64,000 bases of DNA from an uncultured Burkholderiales bacterium (GCA_964561855.1 CAZLQP010000002.1:64475-128474), one strand, 5' to 3'. Counted from the stretch's first letter, positions 19,642-29,828 are shown. Notes: a model not told the origin generated them from the sequence alone. A program made the numbers and translations.

Positions 19642-22600
19642 TTACAACCAATACTGTTCAGCAAGATCCACAACAGGCTTCGTCAGAAGTTCCATAATGC
19701 TTACTTTTTCGAGAATAGTTTCATCAAAAGAATCTTTTTGCTCAGTAACAGCATCTCTTAAAGCAAACAATCTTTGTTTATACCCTTCCAAAATACGCTT
19801 TCGAGCTTGAAGTGAAATCTCTAATTCATCTTGTAAATCAATATGCAAAAGCGTAATACCTGTAGTCTTTGTTCGCTTCACTTCTGGGATTAAGATCACA
19901 TTGCGCATGTCGCTTTTACCTTGTGTTATCCAGACAACTTGTTCACGTGCGGTAAGGCTCTTCGTACCACGCAATTTAGGGTTGTCAGAAATTCGCGATT
20001 TAAGATCTTTAGCGCTACCAACTTGCTCTATGATCACCAAGTTAGCTTCACCAGAAGAGACATCGCCTTGAATTTCATATCGAGTATGACCCGTTATAGA
20101 TGCAACCATTTCATCTAATGCAAGCAAAGTACGAATCACAGGATATTGCAACGTATCTCTTTCGATACCCTTCTCTAATAGATAGGAAACACTTGGCGAT
20201 CGCAAAAGCGTGTCATCAGATCTAGAAATACCGACTGTTACCGTCTTTGCTTGGTGTCTGATCGCATCAATTGGACGGGTTAATTGATCAATCGATCTTG
20301 TTAATATCGAAACTGCACAATTAGCTAGCACTTGTGGAGTTTGCACACCTTGACATTGGTCAGCTAATAGCGCGGGCATGAACGGAGGCGTTAGAGCTAC
20401 GAATAACTTCGTTAGATTAGCCGCATCACTAGCATCCAAGATGGCATCATATTGCCTGTCAGCCAACATCTTGAAGTATTCAGTTGACGGTGTAGCAAGT
20501 TTTTGGCCAAGTTTTGAAAGTCCCATTGCAGTATCAAGTTCGCTAGGAGTTAGATCTGCTAGCGCCCCTCGAGCTTCTCTTAAAACTTTGGCCGTTGAAT
20601 CAATAGCTCTTGCTGATTCATAGCCAAAAATATGGCCTGCCATAACTGAAAGTATGAAACTAAGGTGTTTGTTAGTCTTAGGCACTGTAATTACGGTATC
20701 TGTAGAATCGAATCGTTCAGATACATCATCGGTTATGACAATCGGACATGCTTTATGCGCTTTATATATCGCGACTTCTTTTGCTACGTCATCAGCATTG
20801 GATCCGTCTAATCCTGTTGCACACACAACAATAAGAGGTTCCGAAGATAAATCAATATGTTTTTTATCTTCGGTTGAATCTTCTGCAATTGCTTTGTAAC
20901 AAAGCTCTGAAGATTTAATCCTTATTTCTCTAGCAGCGATAGTGTTTGCGCCGTTTCCAACAGTTGCCCAAGATCTCCTGGATAAAACATTAGCCTTAGC
21001 AATCTCCCCGATTCTTTCCCGATTGGCTAAAACCTTGGCCATCAACTCAGGCAGTCCATAGAGACCATCTACTATTTGGTTCACTAATTCCTTATCCAAT
21101 TCAGATTCATTTCTGATCTGCTCAATGGCAATTGACAAATAGGCAGAAGCTGCGACTTGCGCATAGAAAGCTTTGGTAGACGCAACGGACATCTCCACAT
21201 CTCTACCACTAGATGTATAACACACACCATCGGCTTTAGAGGTGAGATCGCTACCTCTTCTATTTACAATCGCAATGATACTTGCACCGCGATCTTTTAA
21301 AAGATCGACAGTACGATTTGTGTCAGTTGTAGTACCAGACTGAGAAACCGCAATCGCAAGCACATTACTCATATCGCCTTTAAGCGCAAACCCCGATAGT
21401 TCAGTTGCGAGAGTTGCCTTCACATTAAGAGATGAATTTAAAGCATTGAAAAAGTATTCACAAGACTGAGCAGCGATTGCAGCAGTACCTTGACCTATTA
21501 AGAACACCTGATTTATTTTCCCTGATTTCAGGTGCTCTTGAATATGATCAGGAACAATGTCTTCAATAATTATTGGATAATAATTGTCGCCAATACGTTC
21601 AAACTTTCCATGCAATGTAGTAGAAAAACTTCTTGGTGCTTCGTTTATCTCTTTCCATAAATAGTGTTCGAACGATCCTCTATCGATATCTCGAGTTGTT
21701 ACTTCACTATTGATAATGTCATCTTCGTTGACTTCTAAATTCTGGCCGTCATAAGCAATCCGCACCAAACCTTCAAGGCTTCCAGCCTTTTCAGAATGTA
21801 GACAGAAGATCTGTCCCCTAGAAGAAACTGGCTGATTCGGATCATGTGGAGTTTCTCCATCTACTCGAACGTATTGTTCCGCTACTTCAACGACTCCATA
21901 AGGTTCGCTCGCAATCAAGTATTCATTTTCACCTAAACCTACAAAGAGGCCTTGTCCTCCACCACGCAAGGCTAGAAATAAACTTTCGGGTTCCGCCTGA
22001 GCCATCAATGAAACTGCTGTTGAGCCTTCAAACCGCGAGACGACTTTACGAAATGAGTTGATTACGTCTTCTTTATTGTTTTCTTTTCGCTCATGACTAT
22101 ATAAAACAGGAATCAACTTTGCATCTGTAGTTATCTCAGGATTTATGTCGCACTCTGCACGTAAAGCATCATGATTATCTATGTCTCCATTGAGTGCACC
22201 TAGAGCAACTTCAAAATTTCCGTTACTTAATTGCTCTGTCATGTCCAAAGGATGAGTATTATCTTCACTTATAACGCCCATAGATGCCCATCTCGTATGG
22301 GCCATAACCATTTCATGAGCATCAGTATTGCGAGAAATAATGTCAAACAAAAACTCGTCACTAGAAATTGAGTCGCGGAGAAATTTGACGTTGTCCCCTA
22401 ATTCCCCAATTTCTGCAGCTCGCTTGTATACGAAATATAGAATTGAAGTTGAATCTAGAAGAGCCTCACGCACTGTTCTATTGGTGAAGTTCGAATAGTT
22501 TCGTTTTTCAATTATCTCTCGGTCGTGTTCATCCAAATTTACATTTGTCAAAGAAAAACTTATACCTGCGCTGTCACGTCCGCGAACTTCGATACGATCT

Positions 22601-23049
22601 AAGCTTCGTAAAACTAAATTGATGGAACGATAGATTGCGATCACATTGTTAGGAATCGAGCTTAAATCTTGCTTATTCTGTGTTATGAGATCCGAGATCT
22701 GATCTGCACCAATACACGCATCTTGTTCTATTCTCCATAACGAATCATTAATTTCGATTAACTTATTTTTTGTGTCTTCATCGAGTTTTTCGCCATCGAG
22801 TATGCTTTGTGTTTTTTCACGTGCGTTTGCAGACTGATTTCTAAGTTGGTCGCAAAATTGTGAATTTTTTACTAAATTTATAACTCCACCAACGCTAATT
22901 GCTCTTTTAGCTAATTTTGACAACTCTTCAATATCGATATCATCGTTTACTGGATCCGTATTTATAACTTCGAGAATTGAAATCAGACCACTCAACTCAT
23001 CAGAAACTGGGTCTGTTTGTTTTCTAACTAAAGCTACAATTCCACACAT
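19642..23049 (-). CDS. Oversized GlmS-like glutamine amidotransferase (class II) with two SIS domains, 1135 aa
   Basis: MCGIVA N-terminal nucleophile, RGRDSAGI, HTRWAS, WKEINEAP, SQSGTTTDT. About 140 aa are inserted after the nucleophile strand and about 330 aa follow the second SIS domain. Adjacent to glmM. Confidence 0.75.
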   Translation of the reverse strand: MCGIVALVRKQTDPVSDELSGLISILEVINTDPVNDDIDIEELSKLAKRAISVGGVINLVKNSQFCDQLRNQSANAREKTQSILDGEKLDEDTKNKLIEINDSLWRIEQDACIGADQISDLITQNKQDLSSIPNNVIAIYRSINLVLRSLDRIEVRGRDSAGISFSLTNVNLDEHDREIIEKRNYSNFTNRTVREALLDSTSILYFVYKRAAEIGELGDNVKFLRDSISSDEFLFDIISRNTDAHEMVMAHTRWASMGVISEDNTHPLDMTEQLSNGNFEVALGALNGDIDNHDALRAECDINPEITTDAKLIPVLYSHERKENNKEDVINSFRKVVSRFEGSTAVSLMAQAEPESLFLALRGGGQGLFVGLGENEYLIASEPYGVVEVAEQYVRVDGETPHDPNQPVSSRGQIFCLHSEKAGSLEGLVRIAYDGQNLEVNEDDIINSEVTTRDIDRGSFEHYLWKEINEAPRSFSTTLHGKFERIGDNYYPIIIEDIVPDHIQEHLKSGKINQVFLIGQGTAAIAAQSCEYFFNALNSSLNVKATLATELSGFALKGDMSNVLAIAVSQSGTTTDTNRTVDLLKDRGASIIAIVNRRGSDLTSKADGVCYTSSGRDVEMSVASTKAFYAQVAASAYLSIAIEQIRNESELDKELVNQIVDGLYGLPELMAKVLANRERIGEIAKANVLSRRSWATVGNGANTIAAREIRIKSSELCYKAIAEDSTEDKKHIDLSSEPLIVVCATGLDGSNADDVAKEVAIYKAHKACPIVITDDVSERFDSTDTVITVPKTNKHLSFILSVMAGHIFGYESARAIDSTAKVLREARGALADLTPSELDTAMGLSKLGQKLATPSTEYFKMLADRQYDAILDASDAANLTKLFVALTPPFMPALLADQCQGVQTPQVLANCAVSILTRSIDQLTRPIDAIRHQAKTVTVGISRSDDTLLRSPSVSYLLEKGIERDTLQYPVIRTLLALDEMVASITGHTRYEIQGDVSSGEANLVIIEQVGSAKDLKSRISDNPKLRGTKSLTAREQVVWITQGKSDMRNVILIPEVKRTKTTGITLLHIDLQDELEISLQARKRILEGYKQRLFALRDAVTEQKDSFDETILEKVSIMELLTKPVVDLAEQYWL

Positions 23050-23057
23050 ATTTATCC

Positions 23058-24404
23058 TTAATTACAAACTTTTATTACTGTTTCTTTTAACTGTTCTATA
23101 GCGCTTAATGCTTCACTTTCATCTGATGCTTCTACGCTAATGCGAACGACTTCTTCAGTGCCAGATGGACGAATGATTATTCTTGAATTTTGCCCAAGTT
23201 GTTTGAGTAAATCTTCTTTCTGGCTTAAGATTTCTTGGCTATCAGTTGCATTCTTTTTAAAAGCTACTTGAACTTTATCGTGTTTTTGAATTAGTGGAAC
23301 AAACAAGTTCAATATCGACGATGCATCACTTCGATTCAACTTTGATTTAACAATGCTAGCTACAGATAAGGAGTTCAAAATTCCATCACCCCAGAATTGT
23401 TTATCCGATCGAATTATATGACCTGACTGCTCTCCGCCTAGAGAGAAATTACCTCGAAGCATCTCTGCTAAAACATACTTATCGCCAACATCGGTTTCGA
23501 CAAACTCAATATCATGCTCGCGTAAAAACAATCTCAGAGCTCCGTTACTCATTGTTGTCGCTACTACTGCATTGTTTGATAAAGAACCTAGGGCTTTCAT
23601 ATCAATCGCAAAAAGAGCAAGAATTTTATCTCCATCAACAATATTGCCTTTGTTGTCAACGACCATCACTCGGTCGGCATCACCATCAAAAGCAAAACCT
23701 ATATCAGCGCCATAGCTCATAACTGCTTTCTGCAAGTCTTCAAGATGAACAGCTCCACAGTTTTCATTAATACGCTTACCATCAGACTCAGTATTAATTG
23801 CTTGCACATCAGCTCCACAATGTTCAAATACATGCGGTCCTACAAAATGAGCAGCTCCATTAGCACAGTCTAAAACAACCTTTAAGCCATCGAGTTTCGG
23901 TCTATCGGCAAACTCAATTAAGTACTTTGCATATTCGTAGATGGCTTCATTCGTTGATGGACTTTCACCTTCTTCGAAATCAATTTCTTCAAATCTCGAT
24001 AGACAATCAAGCATCGATGACTCGATCTGTAGTTCCATTTCTGAAGTGACCTTTTGTCCGCCAACACCTAAGACTTTAATCCCATTATCTTCAGGCGGAT
24101 TATGGCTAGCAGTTATTACAACTGCGGGAACACTGTTTTTCTGAGCTAAAGCAGCAACCCCTGGAGTGGGGATTATTCCGAGATCTCGAATTGTTCCTCC
24201 AGCAGTTTGTATTGCTTTTGCTATTGCAGAGCTAAGTTGCGGACCTGAAACTCTGGTATCGCGACCTATATAAAAATCTGATTGAACACCAATTACATCA
24301 GCGATTGCATGGCCCAAACAATAAGCAACTTTTAAAGAAAGCACATCAGGAAATTTGCCTCTAATACCGTCAGTCCCAAACCTGACTTGATCTGCTATAT
24401 CCAT
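23058..24404 (-). CDS. glmM: Phosphoglucosamine mutase
   Basis: FGTDGIRG and TASHNPPEDNGIK motifs. 448 aa. Confidence 0.95.
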   Translation of the reverse strand: MDIADQVRFGTDGIRGKFPDVLSLKVAYCLGHAIADVIGVQSDFYIGRDTRVSGPQLSSAIAKAIQTAGGTIRDLGIIPTPGVAALAQKNSVPAVVITASHNPPEDNGIKVLGVGGQKVTSEMELQIESSMLDCLSRFEEIDFEEGESPSTNEAIYEYAKYLIEFADRPKLDGLKVVLDCANGAAHFVGPHVFEHCGADVQAINTESDGKRINENCGAVHLEDLQKAVMSYGADIGFAFDGDADRVMVVDNKGNIVDGDKILALFAIDMKALGSLSNNAVVATTMSNGALRLFLREHDIEFVETDVGDKYVLAEMLRGNFSLGGEQSGHIIRSDKQFWGDGILNSLSVASIVKSKLNRSDASSILNLFVPLIQKHDKVQVAFKKNATDSQEILSQKEDLLKQLGQNSRIIIRPSGTEEVVRISVEASDESEALSAIEQLKETVIKVCN

Positions 24405-24466
24405 CCAACCATGCTAGCGATATGTAGAACTGATTCTTTAATATTAAGTTAAAACAGATTAAATTA

Positions 24467-24865
24467 TTAACGCTTAGAGAACTGTGAAGCTTTTCTAGCT
24501 TTCTTAAGTCCGTACTTCTTGCGCTCTTTTTCACGAGGATCTCTTGTAAGCAATCCTGCAGCCTTAAGGTCTGTTCGTTGGTCTGGATCTAAACCTAAAA
24601 CTGCTCGTGCAATACCCAGACGCAAAGCTCCAGCTTGTCCTGCAACTCCACCACCGATGATTGTTGCATCAACATCATATACATCTTTTGTATTAGATAC
24701 ATTAAGTGCTTCAACAGCATGTCTTACCAACAAATCACTGTTTAAATATTGTTCAATAGGTTTCTTATTTACAGTAATTGTTCCATTGCCTGGGCGTACT
24801 CTCACTCGAGCAATTGAACTTTTTCTTCTACCTGTTGTTTGAATTAGTGGTTTTGTTTTAGGCAC
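24467..24865 (-). CDS. rpsI: 30S ribosomal protein S9
   Basis: 132 aa, ends [11 protein letters not shown]. Confidence 0.97.
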   Translation of the reverse strand: MPKTKPLIQTTGRRKSSIARVRVRPGNGTITVNKKPIEQYLNSDLLVRHAVEALNVSNTKDVYDVDATIIGGGVAGQAGALRLGIARAVLGLDPDQRTDLKAAGLLTRDPREKERKKYGLKKARKASQFSKR

Positions 24866-24890
24866 TTAAATTTCCTCTAGTAGTCACGCA

Positions 24891-25346
24891 TTAGGCGCTA
24901 ACTTTGTCTTTCTTGGATTTAATTTCAAATGGTATAGGTTTTTGTGCTGCATGAGGATGCTCTGCCCCTCTATACACATGAAGCTTCTTGATCATTTGTC
25001 GACCTAAACGGCCATGAGGAAGCATTCCCTTGATCGCTAGCTCAACTACTTCACGAGGATCTTTTTTCATCATGTCTTGTAAAGTCATTGATCGAAGTCC
25101 ACCTGGATATCCTGAGTGGAAGTAGTAGTTCTTGTCTTCGCCCTTACGGATAGAAATATCAAGTTCACTCGCATTGATGATGATCACATTATCGCCGACA
25201 TCCATATGTGGTACCCACATTGGTTTGTGTTTTCCTCGCAAGAGATGAGCAGCCTCTGTGGCTACTTTTCCAAGCACTAGACCTTTTGCATCTATCACAT
25301 GCCATTCACGAACAATGTCTGTCGCTTTTGGTTGATATGTTCCCAT
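24891..25346 (-). CDS. rplM: 50S ribosomal protein L13
   Basis: MGTYQPKATDIVREWHVIDA from the ATG at 25346, preceded by GAGGAA. The longer ORF-track start is rejected. Confidence 0.96.
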   Translation of the reverse strand: MGTYQPKATDIVREWHVIDAKGLVLGKVATEAAHLLRGKHKPMWVPHMDVGDNVIIINASELDISIRKGEDKNYYFHSGYPGGLRSMTLQDMMKKDPREVVELAIKGMLPHGRLGRQMIKKLHVYRGAEHPHAAQKPIPFEIKSKKDKVSA

Positions 25347-25504
25347 TATTTCCTCTGTAGTCGATTTTGTTGAGCAGCTATTACTGCACATAAGAACATA
25401 TAAATCTAGCGCGTTTTCGCCTCTCTTAGCAAAGCGAGCCCACAATTCCGCACGATGGCGTTCTAAACACTGACATTTCGATAGTTAAACACCCCAACGC
25501 AGGG

Positions 25505-26293
25505 CTAATAGGAGACGTTAACCAAGAATAGACCATGTGGCGGCGCAATTTGGGAGCCCAAAACTCGATCGGTACCTTGCAACATCAATTCGACGTATTC
25601 AAGAGAAATTTTTCCTTTCCCCACTTGAACAAGTACTCCAACGATTGAACGTACCATCTGCCAACAGAATGCATTTGCAGAAATTTCAAAGCAAATCAGT
25701 CCTTCTGAGCTGAGGCTAATCAAATGGCTTGGAGGATCAGCGAATCTAGCTGCTAGAACTTCGCGAATATTATGTTTAGAATTTGGGTCTTCCCGGCATA
25801 CGCTTGAAAAATCCTTCTCTCCAACAAAGTATTCTGCGGCTTTCGACATCGCATCTAGGTCAAGTTTATTTGGGATATGCCAAGAAAAATCGCAGCTAAA
25901 CATATCTATATTTTTGGAGTTATTTATGAGGTAATTATAAGTTCGAGATTTTGCAGAAAATCTTGCATGAAAATCTTCTTCAACTTCCACGATTTCAGAA
26001 AAGACTATTTCAGGATTTAATCGCTGATTCAAAACGTGTTTCAATCTTGAAATATCTAGGTCCATCTCTGGAGTGTCAGGAAAATTGAAGGACATAACCT
26101 GATGCAATGCGTGAACGCCTCGGTCAGTCCTTCCAGCAATAGCGAAATTTACATTTTGCTGAGCGACCATTTCAATGACTTCGCGAACTTTACCCATAAC
26201 TGTAGGTACACGATCTAAATCCTCTGAAGTTTGCTCGGCAACACCATGAAAATATTTCCCATGATAAGAAAACGTCGCCTTATAGTTCTTCAT
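25505..26293 (-). CDS. truA: tRNA pseudouridine(38-40) synthase
   Basis: 262 aa. GRTDRGVHA catalytic motif. Confidence 0.92.
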   Translation of the reverse strand: MKNYKATFSYHGKYFHGVAEQTSEDLDRVPTVMGKVREVIEMVAQQNVNFAIAGRTDRGVHALHQVMSFNFPDTPEMDLDISRLKHVLNQRLNPEIVFSEIVEVEEDFHARFSAKSRTYNYLINNSKNIDMFSCDFSWHIPNKLDLDAMSKAAEYFVGEKDFSSVCREDPNSKHNIREVLAARFADPPSHLISLSSEGLICFEISANAFCWQMVRSIVGVLVQVGKGKISLEYVELMLQGTDRVLGSQIAPPHGLFLVNVSY

Positions 26294-26357
26294 AACTAGT
26301 CAATTCTATCCATTTTTTCATCTTTTGTTATCTCGGACGTAGCTCGTTCAGCGTGAT

Positions 26358-26470
26358 GTTTTGGCTCGATAAGTGAATCGTGAGCATTTGCAGCAAGTGA
26401 GGAGACCTTAGGCTCCGAACGTCCGCATAGCGGTGCGAAACAGCGAGCGATCGACTTATCGAGCCAAAAC
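26358..26470 (-). ncRNA. Unclassified multi-hairpin element, copy A (candidate structured RNA in the rplQ-truA spacer)
   Basis: 17-bp perfect outer stem (26358-26374 / 26454-26470) enclosing a 58-nt core (26384-26441). The core is 46/58 identical and co-linear with 59188-59245. The inner hairpins show compensatory changes. Confidence 0.6.
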
Positions 26471-26514
26471 GTCGAAATAAGGAAATTAGTATATGAGGAT
26501 TAAAAACTGAAGGA

Positions 26515-26868
26515 CTATACGAGTTCGATGCGTGCCATTGGAGCTTTATCTCCAGGGCGTGTACCAAGCTTTAAGATACGTACATATCCACCTGGACGAG
26601 AAGAATACTTTGGAGCAATCTCTGTCACAAGCTTATTGACTACAGCTTTGTCGCGAAGGTCAGAAACAAGCTGACGTTGAACATGCTGAGAGTTTTCTTG
26701 ACGAGCTTTTGTGATCATCTTCTCTAGTTCTGGTCGCATGAACTTTGCTTTAGCTAACGTTGTTTCGATTGCACCGTATGTAAAGAATTGGCGTGCCAAG
26801 TTAGACACAATTAATTTTTGGTGCTTTGGATCGCGTCCGAATCGTTGTCCTTTTTTTGGAGTTGCCAT
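26515..26868 (-). CDS. rplQ: 50S ribosomal protein L17
   Basis: 117 aa. Follows rpoA. Confidence 0.96.
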   Translation of the reverse strand: MATPKKGQRFGRDPKHQKLIVSNLARQFFTYGAIETTLAKAKFMRPELEKMITKARQENSQHVQRQLVSDLRDKAVVNKLVTEIAPKYSSRPGGYVRILKLGTRPGDKAPMARIELV

Positions 26869-26879
26869 TTTTCTTTTCC

Positions 26880-27815
26880 TTAGTGCTTGTTAGGTAGTGC
26901 CAAACCACGTTCGTCAAGTTTTTCGATAACTTCATCGAGTGACTTTTGACCGAAGTTTGTAAGTGCCAATAATTCTTCTGGACTTTGTGAGAGTAGTTGT
27001 CCAATAGTTTCAATACGTGCTCGTCGTAAACAGTTACGAGGACGCTCTGAAAGATCAAGTTCATCTACGCTTAATTCTAGGTCTGGAGATGTTGTACTTG
27101 CAGGTGCAATTTCTCCAAGCTCAAGACCTTGTGGATTTTCTGAAAGTTCAGAAATGAGTTCCATCAAGTTCTTTACAGTTGAAGTAGCAGAAGCTAATGC
27201 TTCACGAGGAGTCATTGATCCATCTGTTTCAATTTCAATTGTAAGTTCATCGTAGTTTGTAGCTTGTTCTACACGGGTTGGTGCGACAGAATAGCTAACT
27301 CGACGTACTGGTGAATAAATTGCGTCAATTGGAATAATTCCTATAGTTCCACTTGCTTTTTGACGGTCAATTGCTTGATAACCTCGACCCTGTTCGATTG
27401 TGATATCACATTGGAATTGAGCTTTGTCGTTAAGGTTTGCGATCACCAAATTTGGATTGTAGATAGTCACTTCTGGACCTACTTGAATGTCGCCAGCAGT
27501 TACTTGTCCAGGACCACTCTTATCTATTCTTCCTGTTATAGGCTCATCTGCCTCACAAGAAACAACAACGTCTTTTAGATTCAAGATAACATCAGTAACG
27601 TCTTCTTTAACACCAGCAATAACATCAAATTCATGCAAAGCAGCATCGAATCTTACTTGTGTAATTGCAGCACCTGGAATAGACGAAAGCAATGTACGAC
27701 GTATTGAGTTACCTAGTGTCTGTCCGAATCCTGGCTCGAGTGGAGAGATAACAAACTTGCAAGTATTTCCTACTTGCTCTCCTGCTTCTACCTCTGGTCG
27801 TTGGATGATGAGCAT
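26880..27815 (-). CDS. rpoA: DNA-directed RNA polymerase alpha subunit
   Basis: 311 aa. LEPGFGQTLGNSIRR motif. Confidence 0.97.
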   Translation of the reverse strand: MLIIQRPEVEAGEQVGNTCKFVISPLEPGFGQTLGNSIRRTLLSSIPGAAITQVRFDAALHEFDVIAGVKEDVTDVILNLKDVVVSCEADEPITGRIDKSGPGQVTAGDIQVGPEVTIYNPNLVIANLNDKAQFQCDITIEQGRGYQAIDRQKASGTIGIIPIDAIYSPVRRVSYSVAPTRVEQATNYDELTIEIETDGSMTPREALASATSTVKNLMELISELSENPQGLELGEIAPASTTSPDLELSVDELDLSERPRNCLRRARIETIGQLLSQSPEELLALTNFGQKSLDEVIEKLDERGLALPNKH

Positions 27816-27845
27816 TTTGTCTCCTTGTGTAAGACGAAAGTGTGA

Positions 27846-28469
27846 TTACTTCGAGTAAAGCTCGACTATGAGCTGTTCACGAACTGGTATATCTATTTGT
27901 TCTCGGATTGGAATGTCAGCAACGGTAATAGTTGCATCATTCTTGTTAACTTCAAGCCATTGAGGAGCTTCGTGATCTACAACCTCAATTGCGTGACGTA
28001 CAACAATCATTGCTTTTGCGCGATCAGTTAGAGCGACTTTGTCATCCTTCTTGAGCTGGTAGCTAGGTATGTTTACTCGTTTACCATTAACAAGAATGTG
28101 TCCATGTCGAATGAACTGACGTGCTTGAGATCTAGATGCAGCGAATCCTGAACGGAAAACAACATTATCTAGACGAGTCTCTAGAAGCTGTAACAAGTTG
28201 TCACCTGTCTTACCTGTTCTACGTGCTGCTTCTTTAAAGGTAATACGGAATTGCTTTTCAAGTACTCCATATATACGACGTGCCTTTTGCTTTTCACGTA
28301 ACTGGAGTAAGTACTCAGTCTCGCGAACTCTTCCTCGGCCATGTTGACCAGGAGGGTAAGGTCGTCGTTCGATAGGGCACTTCATTGAGTCACATTTTGC
28401 ACCCTTTAGAAATAATTTCATTCGCTCGCGGCGGCAAAGACGACAAACAGGTCCTGTATATCTCGCCAT
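27846..28469 (-). CDS. rpsD: 30S ribosomal protein S4
   Basis: MARYTGPVCRLCRRE N-terminus. Confidence 0.97.
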   Translation of the reverse strand: MARYTGPVCRLCRRERMKLFLKGAKCDSMKCPIERRPYPPGQHGRGRVRETEYLLQLREKQKARRIYGVLEKQFRITFKEAARRTGKTGDNLLQLLETRLDNVVFRSGFAASRSQARQFIRHGHILVNGKRVNIPSYQLKKDDKVALTDRAKAMIVVRHAIEVVDHEAPQWLEVNKNDATITVADIPIREQIDIPVREQLIVELYSK

Positions 28470-28471
28470 GA

Positions 28472-28867
28472 TTACACTCTCCGTCTCTTAGGTAGACGAC
28501 AACCATTATGTGGAAGTGGAGTCACGTCTTTAATACCTACAACTTCAATACCAATATTTTGCAAAGAACGAATAGCTGTTTCTCGACCAGAACCTGGCCC
28601 CTTAACTAGCACATCAACTTTCTTTACACCATGCTCCATCGCTAATTTTGCTGCTTGTTCAGCAGCAGCGCCAGCAGCAAATGGTGTTGATTTTCTTGAT
28701 CCTTTGAAACCTACTTGACCAGATGACGCCCAAGCAATTACGTTTCCTTGCTGATCAGCAATCGTGATAATTGTGTTATTAAATGAACTTTTTATATGTG
28801 CCACACCATAAAAGACATCTTTGCGGTCTTTTTTCTTCATGCGGCGGTTTTTAGTTGCAGTAGCCAT
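28472..28867 (-). CDS. rpsK: 30S ribosomal protein S11
   Basis: 131 aa. [13 protein letters not shown]-terminus. Confidence 0.97.
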   Translation of the reverse strand: MATATKNRRMKKKDRKDVFYGVAHIKSSFNNTIITIADQQGNVIAWASSGQVGFKGSRKSTPFAAGAAAEQAAKLAMEHGVKKVDVLVKGPGSGRETAIRSLQNIGIEVVGIKDVTPLPHNGCRLPKRRRV

Positions 28868-29244
28868 TACTTAGTTACCTTCTTCTTACCAGCAACAGTC
28901 TTCTTAGGACCTTTACGAGTACGAGCATTAGTGCTTGTACGTTGCCCACGAACAGGAAGACCACGACGATGTCGGATGCCCTGATAGCAACCTATTTCCA
29001 TCTTTCGTTTGATGTTCTGAGAAACATCTCTTCGAAGGTCACCTTCTACTTTGATGTTGTCATCAATATATTGTCGAAGTTTTGCAACTTCCTCTTCAGA
29101 CAGATCGCGAACACGAGTCTGGCCTGGAAGATTCGTTGCTTCACAGATACTGACCGCTGTTTTGCGACCAATACCGTAAATATAAGAGAGTGAAATGTCG
29201 AGCCGCTTTTCACGGGGTATGTCGACGCCGGCGATACGTGCCAT
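28867..29244 (-). CDS. rpsM: 30S ribosomal protein S13
   Basis: [15 protein letters not shown]-terminus. Confidence 0.97.
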   Translation of the reverse strand: MARIAGVDIPREKRLDISLSYIYGIGRKTAVSICEATNLPGQTRVRDLSEEEVAKLRQYIDDNIKVEGDLRRDVSQNIKRKMEIGCYQGIRHRRGLPVRGQRTSTNARTRKGPKKTVAGKKKVTK

Positions 29245-29276
29245 AAATACTCTTAAACCTTTCTTTGCTTAAACGT

Positions 29277-29390
29277 TTAACCTTGACGTTGTTTATGTCG
29301 AGGGTTTTCACAAATGACGCGTACTGATCCATGCCTACGAATAACGCGGCACTTCTCACACATCTTTTTAACGGATGGACGAACTTTCAT
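29277..29390 (-). CDS. rpmJ: 50S ribosomal protein L36 (not in the ORF track)
   Basis: Hand translation gives [37 protein letters not shown], then a stop. Located between infA and rpsM. Confidence 0.93.
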   Translation of the reverse strand: MKVRPSVKKMCEKCRVIRRHGSVRVICENPRHKQRQG

Positions 29391-29439
29391 TGCTACCTTT
29401 TGATTTTTATCGGTGTGACGGAAAAATTGTTCTTAAAAC

Positions 29440-29664
29440 TTACTTGTACCTATAAATGATACGTCCCTGGTTGAGATCATATGTTGTGAGCTCAACTTGT
29501 ACTTTATCTCCAGGAAGAATTCGGATGTAGTGCATCCTCATTTTCCCAGAAATTTGGGCAATGATTTTGTGGCCATTCTCGAGTTCAACTCGAAACATAG
29601 CATTACCTAAGGCTTCTGATACAGTACCGTCAAGGACGATTACGTCTTCTTTGCCTGAGGTCAA
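29440..29664 (-). CDS. infA: Translation initiation factor IF-1
   Basis: 74 aa, [11 protein letters not shown]...[12 protein letters not shown] start, 5 nt after GGAG. Confidence 0.95.
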   Translation of the reverse strand: MTSGKEDVIVLDGTVSEALGNAMFRVELENGHKIIAQISGKMRMHYIRILPGDKVQVELTTYDLNQGRIIYRYK

Positions 29665-29828
29665 TTTTACTCCATCATTGTTTTGTCGAGGTGATCACGA
29701 ATTTGCCGCGACGATCACACCTCATAAGTTTTTAAGACAGAGATAAATACTAGACCATTTGGGACCTTATACGCCAAGCTGGGCGAACTATTAAGTCAAC
29801 ATTGGAGTTTAATACTTGAAAAATTGGA

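Noticed and set aside
26384-26441. I tested whether the two-copy motif is a small self-cleaving ribozyme (a hammerhead-type three-way junction) or a group II intron domain V/VI remnant.
   Set aside because: Neither strand has the CUGANGA...GAAA hammerhead core arrangement. P2 lacks the AGC triad, bulge and GNRA-loop layout of domain V. No intron-encoded protein is nearby. The element is left unclassified.
26328-26567. 79-aa minus-strand ORF spanning the rplQ-truA spacer. Its counterpart is the 91-aa ORF at 59150..59425. The two share a ...SLRS...LQM... peptide.
   Set aside because: Both start inside the upstream ribosomal-protein gene in another frame and lack an RBS. Their similarity is explained by the conserved RNA-like core. 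Differences between the copies are paired across stems rather than synonymous, so the region is treated as a structured element, not as coding.
29688-29723. Hairpin gaggtgatc...gatcacacctc in the infA 5' region, considered as a regulatory leader.
   Set aside because: The structure is real in the sequence, but it is a single copy with a bulge and there is no comparative support. It could equally be incidental, so it is not promoted to a feature.
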